A DNA stretch of 64,000 nt from a bacterium (GCA_043801585.1 JAZDLX010000184.1:1-64000); one strand, 5' to 3'. Shown: positions 1 through 10,202, counted from the stretch's first letter. The notes: generated by a model not told the origin, from the letters alone. Made by a program: numbers and translations.

Positions 1-1008
1 ATAGAATTCATCCCAATCATGATCCGCGCCTCGAAGCAGTCTTCGCCAGTTTATAAATCCGGCATCTCGCAGCATTGTTTCCACTTCACTCTCGAAGTAA
101 CGTCGATGAACCGGGACATACCAGAAATCACAACGGTGGAAGATTCGACCGGAGCGGTAACCCATGACACTCATCGCCATCTGAGAGTATGCCTGGGGCA
201 CCGTATCGCGAAGAAGCCCGCGGCAAAGATCGACGATGTCCCAGAAGAGTGATTCCTTTCCACCATACAGGTACAACCACACCTGTCCGCCCGGTTTCAA
301 CACCCGATAGATCTCTTCCAACCCCTTTTCAGTACTCTCGGTGTGATGCAGGACGCCATTGGAAAAAACGAAGTCAAAACTCTCATCCGGGAATGGCAGA
401 TCGAGGACGGATGATTGGCGAAACTCAATCGAATTCCCTGCACCATTGATCCTTGTTTTACCCAGTTCAATCGCCTCGGGGCTGATATCGACACCCGCCA
501 CTTTGGGTATCCCCAGCGCGTGCAGGGCATGAGTGTAGCGGCCACCGCCGCATCCATCGTCAAGGGCATGTTCGATACCTTCAATTGATATTTCATTGCG
601 GTTAAAACGATCCCGCAGAATTTTCAATGTCTCATCACTGTATTCGTCAGGGGTAAAATCCTTCCACAGATCTGAATAAACCTTCCCGGTTTTCAGCGCA
701 AAATCTTCAATTGCTTCTCTGTTCCACACATCCGAAGTCACACTTTCCGAATGCATCGAACTGTCCATGATCTTCGCTAACGCTTCCAGATCAGTAAGGC
801 GAGTGTTCAGCATTTCAAGCCACGTGGCCGGATAGTTGAGGTCACGTAGATCATCGAGAAAGTCGAAGAGACTTGCTGCACTCATGACTCGCCAGAGCGG
901 CAAACCGGGCGCATTTGACAGAAAGTCAGAGAAGCGGTCCAACCAAGTCTGTCTCCGTACTTTCCAATCCTCATGAACGTTTGAACGTGTCTTTTCCGCG
1001 GAAGCCAT
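1..1008 (-). CDS. Class I SAM-dependent methyltransferase (partial, runs off left edge)
   Basis: Absent from the ORF track; translated by hand from ATG at 1008 (AAAGGAA upstream) and open to position 1. Contains ALDDGCGGGRY (motif I), GVDIS, LPFPDESFDFVFSNGVLHH and EIYRVLKPGG. Confidence 0.85.
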   Translation of the reverse strand, partial: MASAEKTRSNVHEDWKVRRQTWLDRFSDFLSNAPGLPLWRVMSAASLFDFLDDLRDLNYPATWLEMLNTRLTDLEALAKIMDSSMHSESVTSDVWNREAIEDFALKTGKVYSDLWKDFTPDEYSDETLKILRDRFNRNEISIEGIEHALDDGCGGGRYTHALHALGIPKVAGVDISPEAIELGKTRINGAGNSIEFRQSSVLDLPFPDESFDFVFSNGVLHHTESTEKGLEEIYRVLKPGGQVWLYLYGGKESLFWDIVDLCRGLLRDTVPQAYSQMAMSVMGYRSGRIFHRCDFWYVPVHRRYFESEVETMLRDAGFINWRRLLRGADHDWDEFY

Positions 1009-1032
1009 CGCTATTCCTTTCCTTGCCGTGTT

Positions 1033-2082
1033 TTATTCTTCAGTCCGCACCGCAAGCACATGACGTTCGTCCGCAAAGCGAAGCCGGTCAACGAGTACTT
1101 GGAGTGGATCCATCAATTGCTGAAGTTTCTCGCTAATTATTCTCAATCGACCCTCTTCCATCTTGTCGATCAGGGAATAGCGAAGGTGTTCGATAAAAGC
1201 AATCGAATCCGCGCCAAATACCCACTCGCCTACAGCCCGGCAACCAGCAATCCGCAACGCATACCCCACGGATGAATCCGTGTACAGTTGTGTATGAACG
1301 GCGCCGTCAAGCATCCGGGCATGAACTCCCTCAAAGACATTGTCGAGAAGCGCTGAAAGGCCAAAAGCCGGGACGGAGAAAAGCAGCAAAGTGCCCGGTG
1401 CCGTCTTGGCAAAGGCTCGGAAAAACTCACCGGCGTTTTCGATATGTTCCATCACAAAAAACGCCGTATAGATATCCGCGGGATGTTCAGACAGCACAAG
1501 GTGCGGGGAACGATCCCAGTGGAGAACCGGATTGCCGACAAGCTTCGCATTCGCTCTCTCGACGAGTTCCGATTCCGCCTCCAGACCCATGATTGTTTCC
1601 GCACCCTGCTCCTGAAGTGCGGAGAGGAAGTACCCCGCACCGCATCCGATTTCGACCCAGCGGAGCCCCAGCATCTCGTCGCGCGTCTTCCCCATTTCAC
1701 CGGCGAGACCTAACGCCCATTCCAACTTGGGAGCGTAGATGCGGTCGCGCCGCGACCTGAATTCGTTTTCATCGAGAGGCGGATAGACGCTGTCGAAGGT
1801 GATCCCGCCCTCGTTGCTAGTCGGATATCCCGGAGGGGGCAGCAGGCGTGTCTGCAAGTGTTCGCATCGAGGGCAGAAAACGTATTCGAGTCCACGGTGG
1901 TTCATTCGCTCTCCGGAGGTCAGGGAACCGCCGCAGAGGATGCAGACCTCCCGCATCGGACGTCCCGCCAGGCTCGCGACAAGCCCCCACTGACGTTCAA
2001 GCTGTTCGTTCGAACTCCGGCGATACGCCTGGATTTCAGGCGTGATGTGCGCCGACGGTTTCGAATAAGTCGTCTGCATCAC
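1033..2082 (-). CDS. Class I SAM-dependent methyltransferase with N-terminal CxxC...CxxC zinc motif
   Basis: CILC...CPRC; VEIGCGAGYFL SAM motif I; FFVMEHI; position in a glycan cluster. Confidence 0.8.
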   Translation of the reverse strand: MMQTTYSKPSAHITPEIQAYRRSSNEQLERQWGLVASLAGRPMREVCILCGGSLTSGERMNHRGLEYVFCPRCEHLQTRLLPPPGYPTSNEGGITFDSVYPPLDENEFRSRRDRIYAPKLEWALGLAGEMGKTRDEMLGLRWVEIGCGAGYFLSALQEQGAETIMGLEAESELVERANAKLVGNPVLHWDRSPHLVLSEHPADIYTAFFVMEHIENAGEFFRAFAKTAPGTLLLFSVPAFGLSALLDNVFEGVHARMLDGAVHTQLYTDSSVGYALRIAGCRAVGEWVFGADSIAFIEHLRYSLIDKMEEGRLRIISEKLQQLMDPLQVLVDRLRFADERHVLAVRTEE

Positions 2083-2755
2083 TCCTCATCCTCTCCAGCA
2101 GCTTCTCTGTGGGAACCTCGACATCCCCTCCGTCACGAACGATGCCTCGCATGCGCTGATAGTCGCTCTCGGTGTCAACCGTGAAGACACCCTCCACCAA
2201 GCTCAAGGCTTCTGGGGGCTCGATGGTGACGACTCGAAACAGGTCCGGATGTTTGTAGAAATGGAGGGTGACGTGCTCCCTGTCTTCTTCGTCGAGCAGG
2301 CCCCGTTTTGCACGGTTGCGCAATTTTTCCACGGAGAAGATTTCCACATCCAATCCGACCGGGTAGTGCCCCTTCGTCGTTAACAGATCGAAAGGCGACA
2401 AGCCATTTCCCCACTCGATGACGTCATCGACAATTTTCGCGTCCACCAACGGGCAGTCGCCGGTCACTCGCGCGACGTACTCGGCACCGGCCCAATCCGC
2501 CGCGTCCAGATAGCGGCCCGTCACATCCCGCTCACTGCCGCGATAAACCGGAACCCCGATTCGTTCCGCAAGGGAAACCAGGGAATCATCCTCCGGCTTC
2601 TCCGTCGTCGCCAGCACCTCCTTATCCGCGAGGTGACTCCGCTGAAGCCTGAGCAGGAGGAACTCGAGCATCGGCAAATCTCCGAGCGGCCTCATCACCT
2701 TTCCCGGCAAACGGGACGAGCCCATGCGGGCCGCGACGATCACGGTGACATTCAC
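2036..2755 (-). CDS. SpsF-like cytidylyltransferase (CMP-nonulosonate/KDO synthetase superfamily)
   Basis: AARMGSSRLPGKV, GSERDV..RY, RVTGDCPLVD, REHVT and TVDT..DY motifs. Confidence 0.85.
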   Translation of the reverse strand: MNVTVIVAARMGSSRLPGKVMRPLGDLPMLEFLLLRLQRSHLADKEVLATTEKPEDDSLVSLAERIGVPVYRGSERDVTGRYLDAADWAGAEYVARVTGDCPLVDAKIVDDVIEWGNGLSPFDLLTTKGHYPVGLDVEIFSVEKLRNRAKRGLLDEEDREHVTLHFYKHPDLFRVVTIEPPEALSLVEGVFTVDTESDYQRMRGIVRDGGDVEVPTEKLLERMRSDADDLFETVGAHHA

Positions 2756-4155
2756 GCGATGATTCCTCTTGCAAGATCCTGTTTCCTGACAAGGTCCTGT
2801 TCGACTGCGTAAAGCGTTCTCGCGATCTGCAGGTCCCGCTCGGTGCGGATGAAATAGGTCTCCTGCTCTGGAGCCACAAAATTCACGACCGAAGCACCTA
2901 TTAGGCTTCCCCGGTTAAGGATATGGTTGCGTGTCGCCAGCGTCGTAAAAGTCTCGATGTAGACCGCATTGAAATCGGAATTGAGTGCAGAGGGCGGGTT
3001 GACAGCACGCATTCCTGTCGCGGTCCTCATGAACACTGTCTGCTTCACCTCGCGCACCGCAATGGCTGTATCGGACTGATTCAGAATCAGGGTCGCCACC
3101 GCCTCCTCGAGAGTCTGAGTGGTTTTGAACGGGGCCTGGACGTAGTTCAGCAGGGAAATGCCGCGCCGTTCCGGGTCCAGCCGGTTTGCGATATTGCTCA
3201 GCGTATCGGCTATCGAACGGGAGCGCACGGTCTCTTCCGTTGTCCTTCTGTGGAAGACCAGCCGCGGATCGCCGAATTTGTTCATGGTATCGATCACATC
3301 CTCATTGTCGGAAGCGACGATGATGTGGTCGAACAGTGATGAACGGATGTTCTTCCGTATTGCCAGATCGAGCAGCGATACTCCATTGATCTGCGAATTC
3401 CAGAGGTCGTTGTGGAAATCGTAGAGGCGGCGGCAGGGGATGACCGCAATGATCGGCCGGTAGTTATCGACCACGTTTGCGATGGACTGAGTCTTGATAT
3501 ACCGCCTCGCATCGTAGATGCGGTAGGTCGTCTCCGTCAGGTTGTTCCCATGACGGCGGTAGTAGAAGAGCGGCAGATTGACATTCGAGCAGCGGTGCTG
3601 CCGGCACATTTTCAGCCAGAGATCCAGACCGTCCTGTGCGTCCACATCTATCCGGTATCCTCCAGCTTCCCTCAACAGCTCGGTGCGGATCATCGTACAC
3701 GCACCGTTCGCCGGCACATCCAGCATATGATTGTTCTCGTACAACCGTTCGCGGCGCTCAAGGGAGAGCACATTCCCCTGTTCATCGACAAGGAAGAAAT
3801 CCGGAAACACCAGCGCTGAATCGGGATGGCGATCGAGGAAACTTTTCATCACCATCAACGCGTTTTCATCGAGATAATCGTCCCCGTCGAGCCGGACGAA
3901 GTATTTTCCCCGTGACTCGATAAGGGCGAGATTTGCCACCCCGAGCAGGCCAATGCTGTTCGTATGGAACAACCGAATACGGGGATCACCCTGGTACAAC
4001 GCCATGATTTCTCGGGTGTTATCGCTGCTGTTGTCGTCAATCAGCAGCAATTCCCAATCGCTTTCGGTCTGGCGCAGCACACTCTCGATCGCTTGTTCGA
4101 GGAACTTGCCGTAGTTGTGCGAGGGGATGTAGACCGTGATCGCAGGCTCATGCAT
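2752..4155 (-). CDS. GT2 glycosyltransferase fused to a degenerate CMP-nonulosonate synthetase (NeuA-like) domain
   Basis: N-terminal IPSHNY..AIESVLRQ..IDDNSSD..RLDGDD (GT2). C-terminal IAVIPCRR..SLLDLAI..FDHIIVASDNED (cytidylyltransferase fold). Confidence 0.8.
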   Translation of the reverse strand: MHEPAITVYIPSHNYGKFLEQAIESVLRQTESDWELLLIDDNSSDNTREIMALYQGDPRIRLFHTNSIGLLGVANLALIESRGKYFVRLDGDDYLDENALMVMKSFLDRHPDSALVFPDFFLVDEQGNVLSLERRERLYENNHMLDVPANGACTMIRTELLREAGGYRIDVDAQDGLDLWLKMCRQHRCSNVNLPLFYYRRHGNNLTETTYRIYDARRYIKTQSIANVVDNYRPIIAVIPCRRLYDFHNDLWNSQINGVSLLDLAIRKNIRSSLFDHIIVASDNEDVIDTMNKFGDPRLVFHRRTTEETVRSRSIADTLSNIANRLDPERRGISLLNYVQAPFKTTQTLEEAVATLILNQSDTAIAVREVKQTVFMRTATGMRAVNPPSALNSDFNAVYIETFTTLATRNHILNRGSLIGASVVNFVAPEQETYFIRTERDLQIARTLYAVEQDLVRKQDLARGIIA

Positions 4156-4867
4156 ATGCCACCTCTCCGAGGCAAACAGATATTTCGTCCCTCCACGTGC
4201 ACAGGGTTTTCAGTTGATCCGGATCGACGCTGCCCAGGTGATCCGGACCGAACATCTCATGGTCGAGGGTGAAGTGTTTTTCGATGATCCTCGCGCCGCG
4301 AGCCATCGCCGCAAAGCTGGCTGTCAATCCCACCGTGTGATCGCTGAATCCGGTGTAGCGGTTGAAATCGATCTCCGCCAGACGAACCTCCTCCAGCGGA
4401 GTCGGATATTTCGAGACGCAGTAGAGGAAATCGACCGAACCGGCCGTATCGATCGCCGGGAATTCCTCCTCAGACCAATGTCCGAGCGAAACGATCAGCG
4501 GTTTGGCGGTATCGATGAGAGCTTCGATCAGGGGCTTGTCGTGAATGGAACGCGACGCCATCTTGTAGCGCCGGACCCCGCACTCCTCCAGCCATGCCAC
4601 CCGTTCCGGATCGAACGCCGAGGCCATGAATTCGATCCCCACCTCATCGCATTCACGCGCGAGCAGTTCCACCTGCCGGCGACTCAGCTCCGTGCTCAGG
4701 TTGTATTCGTACCAGGGATTGTTCTCCTTCGAGAACACCGCCCGAGCATCGAAAACCTGGAACTTGGCGACATCCGCACCGGCCTCCTTCACCCGGCGGA
4801 TCATCTCCTTCGCCAGATTCATATCGCCGTTGTGGTTCTGGCCGATTTCAGCAATGATCTCAATCAC
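4148..4867 (-). CDS. NeuB-family nonulosonic acid synthase (short, no C-terminal antifreeze-like domain)
   Basis: IAEIGQNHNGD, GADVAKFQ, YCVSKYP, GFSDHT and IEKHFTLD..GPDH motifs; 239 aa. Confidence 0.9.
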   Translation of the reverse strand: MIEIIAEIGQNHNGDMNLAKEMIRRVKEAGADVAKFQVFDARAVFSKENNPWYEYNLSTELSRRQVELLARECDEVGIEFMASAFDPERVAWLEECGVRRYKMASRSIHDKPLIEALIDTAKPLIVSLGHWSEEEFPAIDTAGSVDFLYCVSKYPTPLEEVRLAEIDFNRYTGFSDHTVGLTASFAAMARGARIIEKHFTLDHEMFGPDHLGSVDPDQLKTLCTWRDEISVCLGEVAYA

Positions 4868-6729
4868 GCGGCGACCTCCTCGTGCATCTCGAGCCAGCGA
4901 TTCAGTTGGATGAAACAGAACAGCGTGTGCCCGGTGAGACGCCGGGAATCCTCAAGCAATTCCCTGGCGTTCCAGGCCGCGTTCGGGTGCATCAATCCGT
5001 AGCGAGCCAGTGCCGATGAAGGGGAGAACGTCTCCTTCAGCATATCCGCCCACCTCCCCTTCAACCAATGATCGATGGGAACGTTAAAACCGTGCTTGGG
5101 CCGTTCGACGACCTCTCGTGGAAGGATGTCGGCGAATGCTTTCCGGAGAACCCATTTCAGCGTGTCGCCCCGGATCATCTGGTCAAAACTCAACTTGTCC
5201 GCCAACGCCTGGACAGCCGGTGCGGCAAACGGGACGCGCCCCTCCACCGATTCAGCCATGGCGAGACGGTCGACTTTTCGAAGCATCTCGTTCGGGAAAT
5301 AGAACCGCCGGTCGTGACGGATGTAGTCAATGGGATTCCAGTCATGCCCGTTCCTGAATGATGCGAAATGGCGCACCGAATCCGGAATCGTGCTCGACAT
5401 GTCTGGATGAAAAAGCAGCCGTTTATCCGCTTCGGAGGCGTAGTAGTGCCATGCCCAGGCCCGGCGGGGATGGGGTTGTGAGGAAATATCCTTAAGCAAC
5501 TGTTCGGTATTTACGCTGGTGTACTGGAAAGAGACCGGCTCCTGTCCGTTCGCTCCGCGGGTAACCTCCGAGCCGATTCTGCCGAGCTGTGGATACCAGG
5601 AATACCCGCCGAACGCTTCATCCGCTCCATCGCCGGAGAGCAGCACCTTGATCCCCGCTTCACGCGCCGCATGTGCCACCGCCAGAATGCCCAACCCGGA
5701 TGAAACGCCAAACGGTTGATCGCCGTAGTAGGTGAAATCATCGAGGAGATCGCGAAAGTCCTCCGCCGTCACCCGGATCGTGTGATGATCCGTTCCGAGT
5801 ACTTTCGCGTATTTCTCGACGTAGGGCGCTTCGTCCGCGTGCCCATGGAAGGGGTCGGAAACATCTTCAAAACCGATGGTGAAGGTGCTTAGGCGGTCAA
5901 GTTTGCGGGCCGCCAGAGTCGCAATGATCGAACTGTCCAGCCCGCTTGAGAGGAAACAGCCAACCGGAACGTCCGAGAGCAGCCTGCTCTCCACCGCCTC
6001 TTCGACTGTCGCTCGTGTGATCGCCAGAATGTCGGCATCGTCGGATGAATGGAGCTCAGGTCCGAACCGATTCGGAATCTCTTCGATATGGTGTTTGCCA
6101 TCCTCATGAACGAGCAGGTGTCCCGGCGGCAGCGCGAGGATCTCCTCGTACACCGTTTCAGGCTCCGGCACCCAGAGAAAAGTCGGATAATCCCAAAGCG
6201 CTCGCAGATTGAGGTGAAGCTGGAGGCCGGGGTAATGCCGCAAGGCGTGCAACTCCGAGGCAAAGGCAATTTCACCGGGTTTGGGAATCGCGTAGTAAAG
6301 CGGTTTCTCGCCGGGGATGTCACGCGCCAGCATCAAGCGGCGCCGTTTTGCATCCCACAATGCAACCGCGTACATCCCGTCCAAACGCTCAAACAAACGG
6401 ATTCCCAACCTGTCGTAAAGATGACAGATCACCTCTCCGTCAGAACGTGAGTGAAACCTTACGCCCGACGCTTCCAGTTCCTTCCGCAACTCGGGGGAAT
6501 TGTAAATCTCGCCGTTGTAGAGGAGCTGAACCGAACCGTCCGTGTTGCTCAGAGGCTGATCCCCGCCCGAGACATCGTTGATGCTCAGGCGTCGCATCCC
6601 GGCTCGATAGTCCCCATCGACGATAAATCCACTGGAGTCCGGGCCGCGATGGCGGAGTTGATCCACCATCCCGTGCAGGACATCCTCGGACCAATCACGG
6701 TGAGAGATAAATCCAGCGATTCCACACAT
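4864..6729 (-). CDS. asnB: Asparagine synthase (glutamine-hydrolysing)-like amidotransferase, probably glycan-modifying
   Basis: Start placed at MCGIAG (N-terminal Cys nucleophile, ATG at 6729). HRGPD, RRLSIND, NGEIYN, LSSGLDSS and SGDGADE motifs. Confidence 0.9.
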   Translation of the reverse strand: MCGIAGFISHRDWSEDVLHGMVDQLRHRGPDSSGFIVDGDYRAGMRRLSINDVSGGDQPLSNTDGSVQLLYNGEIYNSPELRKELEASGVRFHSRSDGEVICHLYDRLGIRLFERLDGMYAVALWDAKRRRLMLARDIPGEKPLYYAIPKPGEIAFASELHALRHYPGLQLHLNLRALWDYPTFLWVPEPETVYEEILALPPGHLLVHEDGKHHIEEIPNRFGPELHSSDDADILAITRATVEEAVESRLLSDVPVGCFLSSGLDSSIIATLAARKLDRLSTFTIGFEDVSDPFHGHADEAPYVEKYAKVLGTDHHTIRVTAEDFRDLLDDFTYYGDQPFGVSSGLGILAVAHAAREAGIKVLLSGDGADEAFGGYSWYPQLGRIGSEVTRGANGQEPVSFQYTSVNTEQLLKDISSQPHPRRAWAWHYYASEADKRLLFHPDMSSTIPDSVRHFASFRNGHDWNPIDYIRHDRRFYFPNEMLRKVDRLAMAESVEGRVPFAAPAVQALADKLSFDQMIRGDTLKWVLRKAFADILPREVVERPKHGFNVPIDHWLKGRWADMLKETFSPSSALARYGLMHPNAAWNARELLEDSRRLTGHTLFCFIQLNRWLEMHEEVAA

Positions 6730-7029
6730 AAAACGGCTGCGCCTCGTTTGCTTCAGGGACGATGCACCCTCATTCTTGCAAACGATAGGCCATTTTACGT
6801 GCGATGAGGCGGGGTAGAAAAACACTTGAAAAGTGCTATATGAAGGATGATAGATAAACTTCAAGAACTTCATGGTTCATAGATCTATAAAACAGAATAA
6901 AAAAACATAATTATTCATTTTAGTGGTTGTAATCATTCGCATGATAGCTTCATCCAGTTTCGAAGCTGATTCGCTTGGTCCCCTCTTCCTCCGCTTCAAG
7001 GCAATATTTGCCGCGAGTCCATTGGTGTT

Positions 7030-8061
7030 TTACGACACTGGAATCGGTCTGCCACTCTCGATGTAGTATTCCCTGAACCAGGCCAACGTGCGGTGAATGC
7101 CCTCCTCCACTTGAACCTGCGGCTGGTATCCCGTAAGCGCCTTCAGGGAATCGATGTTCGCATGGGTGGAACGCACGTCTCCCGGCTGCATCGGGAGCAG
7201 ATTCACCTGCGCCTTCTTCCCAAGTTCCTCTTCGATCAACTCGAGGAAACGCTGGAGACGGACAGCGCGTCCAGCGCCGATATTCAGCACTCTGAACGGC
7301 GCCGAACTGGTGGCCGGGCTCGGATCATCGGAGTTCCAGGATTCATTTACGGAGGGTTCCAGTGGAATCAGGCGGACGATCCCCTCGACAATGTCGTCCA
7401 CATAGGTCCAGTCCCGTTCCATATCACCGTGGTTGTACAGATCGATGGATTCTCCCAAGTGGATTGCCCTGGCAAATCGCCACAACGCCATGTCTGGCCG
7501 TCCCCAGGGCCCATAAACGCTGAAAAAACGCAATCCCGTACACGGAACTCCAAACATCGAGGCATAGCTGTGAGCCATCACCTCATTCGCCTTTTTCGAC
7601 GCCCCGTACAGTGATACCGGATGATCGACCGGTTGATCGACGGAGAAGGGCTGGTGGGTGTTCAGGCCATACACTGAGGAGGAAGAGGCGAAGATCAGGT
7701 GTTTGATCTTCATCTCCCGGCACATTTCGAGGATGTGAAAGAATCCGATCAGGTTGGAATCGATGTAGACCCGCGGTTTCTCAAGCGAATAACGCACACC
7801 CGCCTGAGCCGCCAGGTGAATCACAGCGTCAAAGGGACCCCGGTCAACCAGACTCCGAACCGCTCCCTCATCCGCGAGGTCACCTTTCACGAACTGGAAA
7901 CCAGCCTGGGTTTCCAGTCTTTCAAGCCGGGCCTGTTTCAACCGTACGTCATAGTAATCGTTCACGTTGTCGAGGGATACAACCTCATGCCCCTCTCGCA
8001 AAAGACGGTCGGACAGATGATACCCGATGAAACCCGCTGATCCAGTGACAAGAAGCCGCAC
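7030..8061 (-). CDS. NAD-dependent UDP-glucuronate 4-epimerase-like extended SDR
   Basis: GSAGFIG, HLAAQAGVRYS, SSSSVYG, YGASK, VYGPWGRPDMA and MQPGDV motifs. Confidence 0.93.
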   Translation of the reverse strand: MRLLVTGSAGFIGYHLSDRLLREGHEVVSLDNVNDYYDVRLKQARLERLETQAGFQFVKGDLADEGAVRSLVDRGPFDAVIHLAAQAGVRYSLEKPRVYIDSNLIGFFHILEMCREMKIKHLIFASSSSVYGLNTHQPFSVDQPVDHPVSLYGASKKANEVMAHSYASMFGVPCTGLRFFSVYGPWGRPDMALWRFARAIHLGESIDLYNHGDMERDWTYVDDIVEGIVRLIPLEPSVNESWNSDDPSPATSSAPFRVLNIGAGRAVRLQRFLELIEEELGKKAQVNLLPMQPGDVRSTHANIDSLKALTGYQPQVQVEEGIHRTLAWFREYYIESGRPIPVS

Positions 8062-8299
8062 ACTTCCTCCAGCCGTTTTCCACCCCGTTCGACATGATGG
8101 TTGAAAATAGTGAGCGGGTTCCCTCGGACAAAATCACAGTTTCCCTCCGGACAACTCTTCATCACAACCCTCCACACGCTTTTACGATGGCTCATCTCCT
8201 GAGAAGTCCGGGAAATCCTTGTGCTTACCGGGCAATAATCACCCGATTCAGACACCGTGAGCGAGTGCTCCACTACTTGTTATTTCTAACGTTACGTCA

Positions 8300-8315
8300 T
8301 GGCACTGACCTTGCA
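8300..8315 (+). promoter_or_regulatory. Putative sigma-54 (-24/-12) promoter
   Basis: TGGCAC-TGACC-TTGCA matches TGGCAC-N5-TTGC(A/T), 65 nt upstream of the ATG at 8381. Confidence 0.6.
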
Positions 8316-8380
8316 AGGAGTTCCGCATTCAATCTGTCCGACTGATACATAATAGCAGGGACCACGGAAGCGGAGACACG

Positions 8381-8954
8381 ATGCGGTCCGAAACAATCCT
8401 GGATCGGGTGAATAGGAATGCAGTGAAGGATACGGGAGAACCGTTTCTCACGCTCGTTGACGCGGATGAACAGGAAATCTCTTTTGCCTATTCTGAAGTG
8501 GTCGCCGAGGCGCAGGTCTGGGAAAAACGGATGATCGACGCCGGAGGGAAACCCGGTGACGTGAGCATCAAGGGTAACCGTGAAGCGTTCACTCAATTCG
8601 CCGTTGAGCACTCAATGGAAGGGGGTCGAGCACGTTATCAACGGGATCAATGCAAAACCCTCGCTGATCGTGCGCTATGTGGACATGAATCGTCAACCGT
8701 TCAATACGTTGAAGGAAATTCCACTTCTGCTCGGTCTCGACGTCAGCGATGGAACAATCCAAAAGGCGATCGAAACCTTCTCGTTCAAGACACTTGCCAG
8801 CGGAAAGCAGAGTGGGAATAAAGCCTTCTTCCGGAAGGGCATCGTGGGTGACTGGATGAATCACATGGACGAAAAAACCCATCACTTGATTTTGGCCCAA
8901 ACACGACCGGTGATCGAATCCCTGGGCTTGCTGCCGGAGGCGGTATCAGCCTGA
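8381..8954 (+). pseudogene. Chimeric remnant: AMP-binding (acyl-CoA/AMP ligase-like) N-terminus joined out of frame to a sulfotransferase C-terminus
   Basis: The 8381 frame reads PFLTLVD..EISFAYSEV..AGGKPGD, like an adenylate-forming enzyme N-terminus. The 8580 frame reads IVRYVDM..FSFKTL..FFRKGIVGDWMNH, the sulfotransferase C-terminal RKGxxGDW motif, with no N-terminal PAPS-binding loop. Confidence 0.6.
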
Positions 8955-8975
8955 GACATGTGTCCCAGGCAAGGT

Positions 8976-10202
8976 TCAGAAGGCAAAGAGGAATTGCAAT
9001 GCGAGGATTTGGACAGGGCCGGGAGTGTCGCTGCCCGCGTAGAACGAGCCCTGATAGTCCAGACGGATGAATCCTTCGCGGATGACACTGTAGCCAAGCG
9101 CCGCTTCGAGACGGTTGGCGTCCCATCCCCATGTTTCCTTTTCGCCCGTGTCAGGATTCATGATCTTGCTGTACTGCAAATGGTCATATCGTCCGGCGAG
9201 ATACGACTTCGCATTGATTTTGTAGCGAGCCTCGAGACAGCCTGTCAACAGATAGACGGAATCCTCGTTGAGGAAGGGCGTCTGCTATTGCTCCCACGCA
9301 AGCCCGGAGAAGAACTGCCAGTACGAAAAGGAGTATTCCAGGTAGCCGCCGTAGACGGTTGCCAGGTACGATTCAGATGCTTCGGGGTATGAACTTTTGG
9401 GATTCGACGCAATCTCTCGCGGCGCCGGACTGACCGAAGTGGAACGCTTGTTGTAGATATCATTACTTTCGGTTACTTCCGTTGGGTAAATCCAGGCTCC
9501 TGCCGCCGTTGACCCACCAAATCGCAGTCCTGGCATTGGCTTCAGGCCGACGGTCACGATTCCCTGATAGCTATCGTTCGCGGCAGCTTTTGGATTGGAA
9601 AGTGTTCCCTGGGTAAGAGCGATAGCTGATTCCAACCAACCTCGATCAAAGTGAAGAGAAAAGCCGGTATCCCAGCAGGCGTCATACGCGGGCGGAAGAG
9701 TGCGGGCGCCGTCTGCCTTGCGCTGCAGGAGGACGTCATTGTCAACGCGACCATCGATTGGCATCGGCGTTTTCCAGTGCCAAAGCATCGGAACACCGAT
9801 CAGTGGACTCTGGTTGAAATAAGTGCTGCGCCAGCCGCTCTGCCATCTTGACCAACTCGTCGATGAGGCGAGAGACAGGCCATTGGCGAAAACGAGAGAC
9901 ACGATAAGCGCAAAACCAATCACACCGAGACCGACGATGAAAAGCGCTCTTTGCAGTCTGCTGAGCAACTCTTCCCGCTGGCGTGTGGATTGAAATATCA
10001 AGCCTGTTGCCAACGGCGAATTGGTGGCGTCGTTCAACCGAAACACTGATCCGGCATAGGGTTCGCCGTTAAAGTGGAACTCGATAAAGGAACCTGCCGG
10101 AGAGATGTTGTCTGGACCGCGTCCAAGCCAGGGAACCCGTGGAAGGTCATTTAGCGTCCAGCCAAGAGTTGGCCTCGAGATAGATGACCGCAAGGATTTC
10201 AT
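8976..10202 (-). pseudogene. Disrupted outer-membrane beta-barrel gene fused to a sensor periplasmic/TM fragment
   Basis: ORFs 9285..10202 and 8976..9248 share one frame, separated by a single TAG (9285-9287). The product has amphipathic strands and ends LQFLFAF (terminal Phe). The N-terminal part is a hydrophobic helix (ALFIVGLGVIGFALIVSLVFANGLS) typical of a sensor TM2, and there is no signal peptide. Confidence 0.55.

Noticed and set aside
9285..9287. Pyrrolysine or programmed amber readthrough
   Set aside because: The surrounding gene is chimeric and lacks a signal peptide, no pyl genes are in the window, and a TGG to TAG nonsense mutation is simpler.
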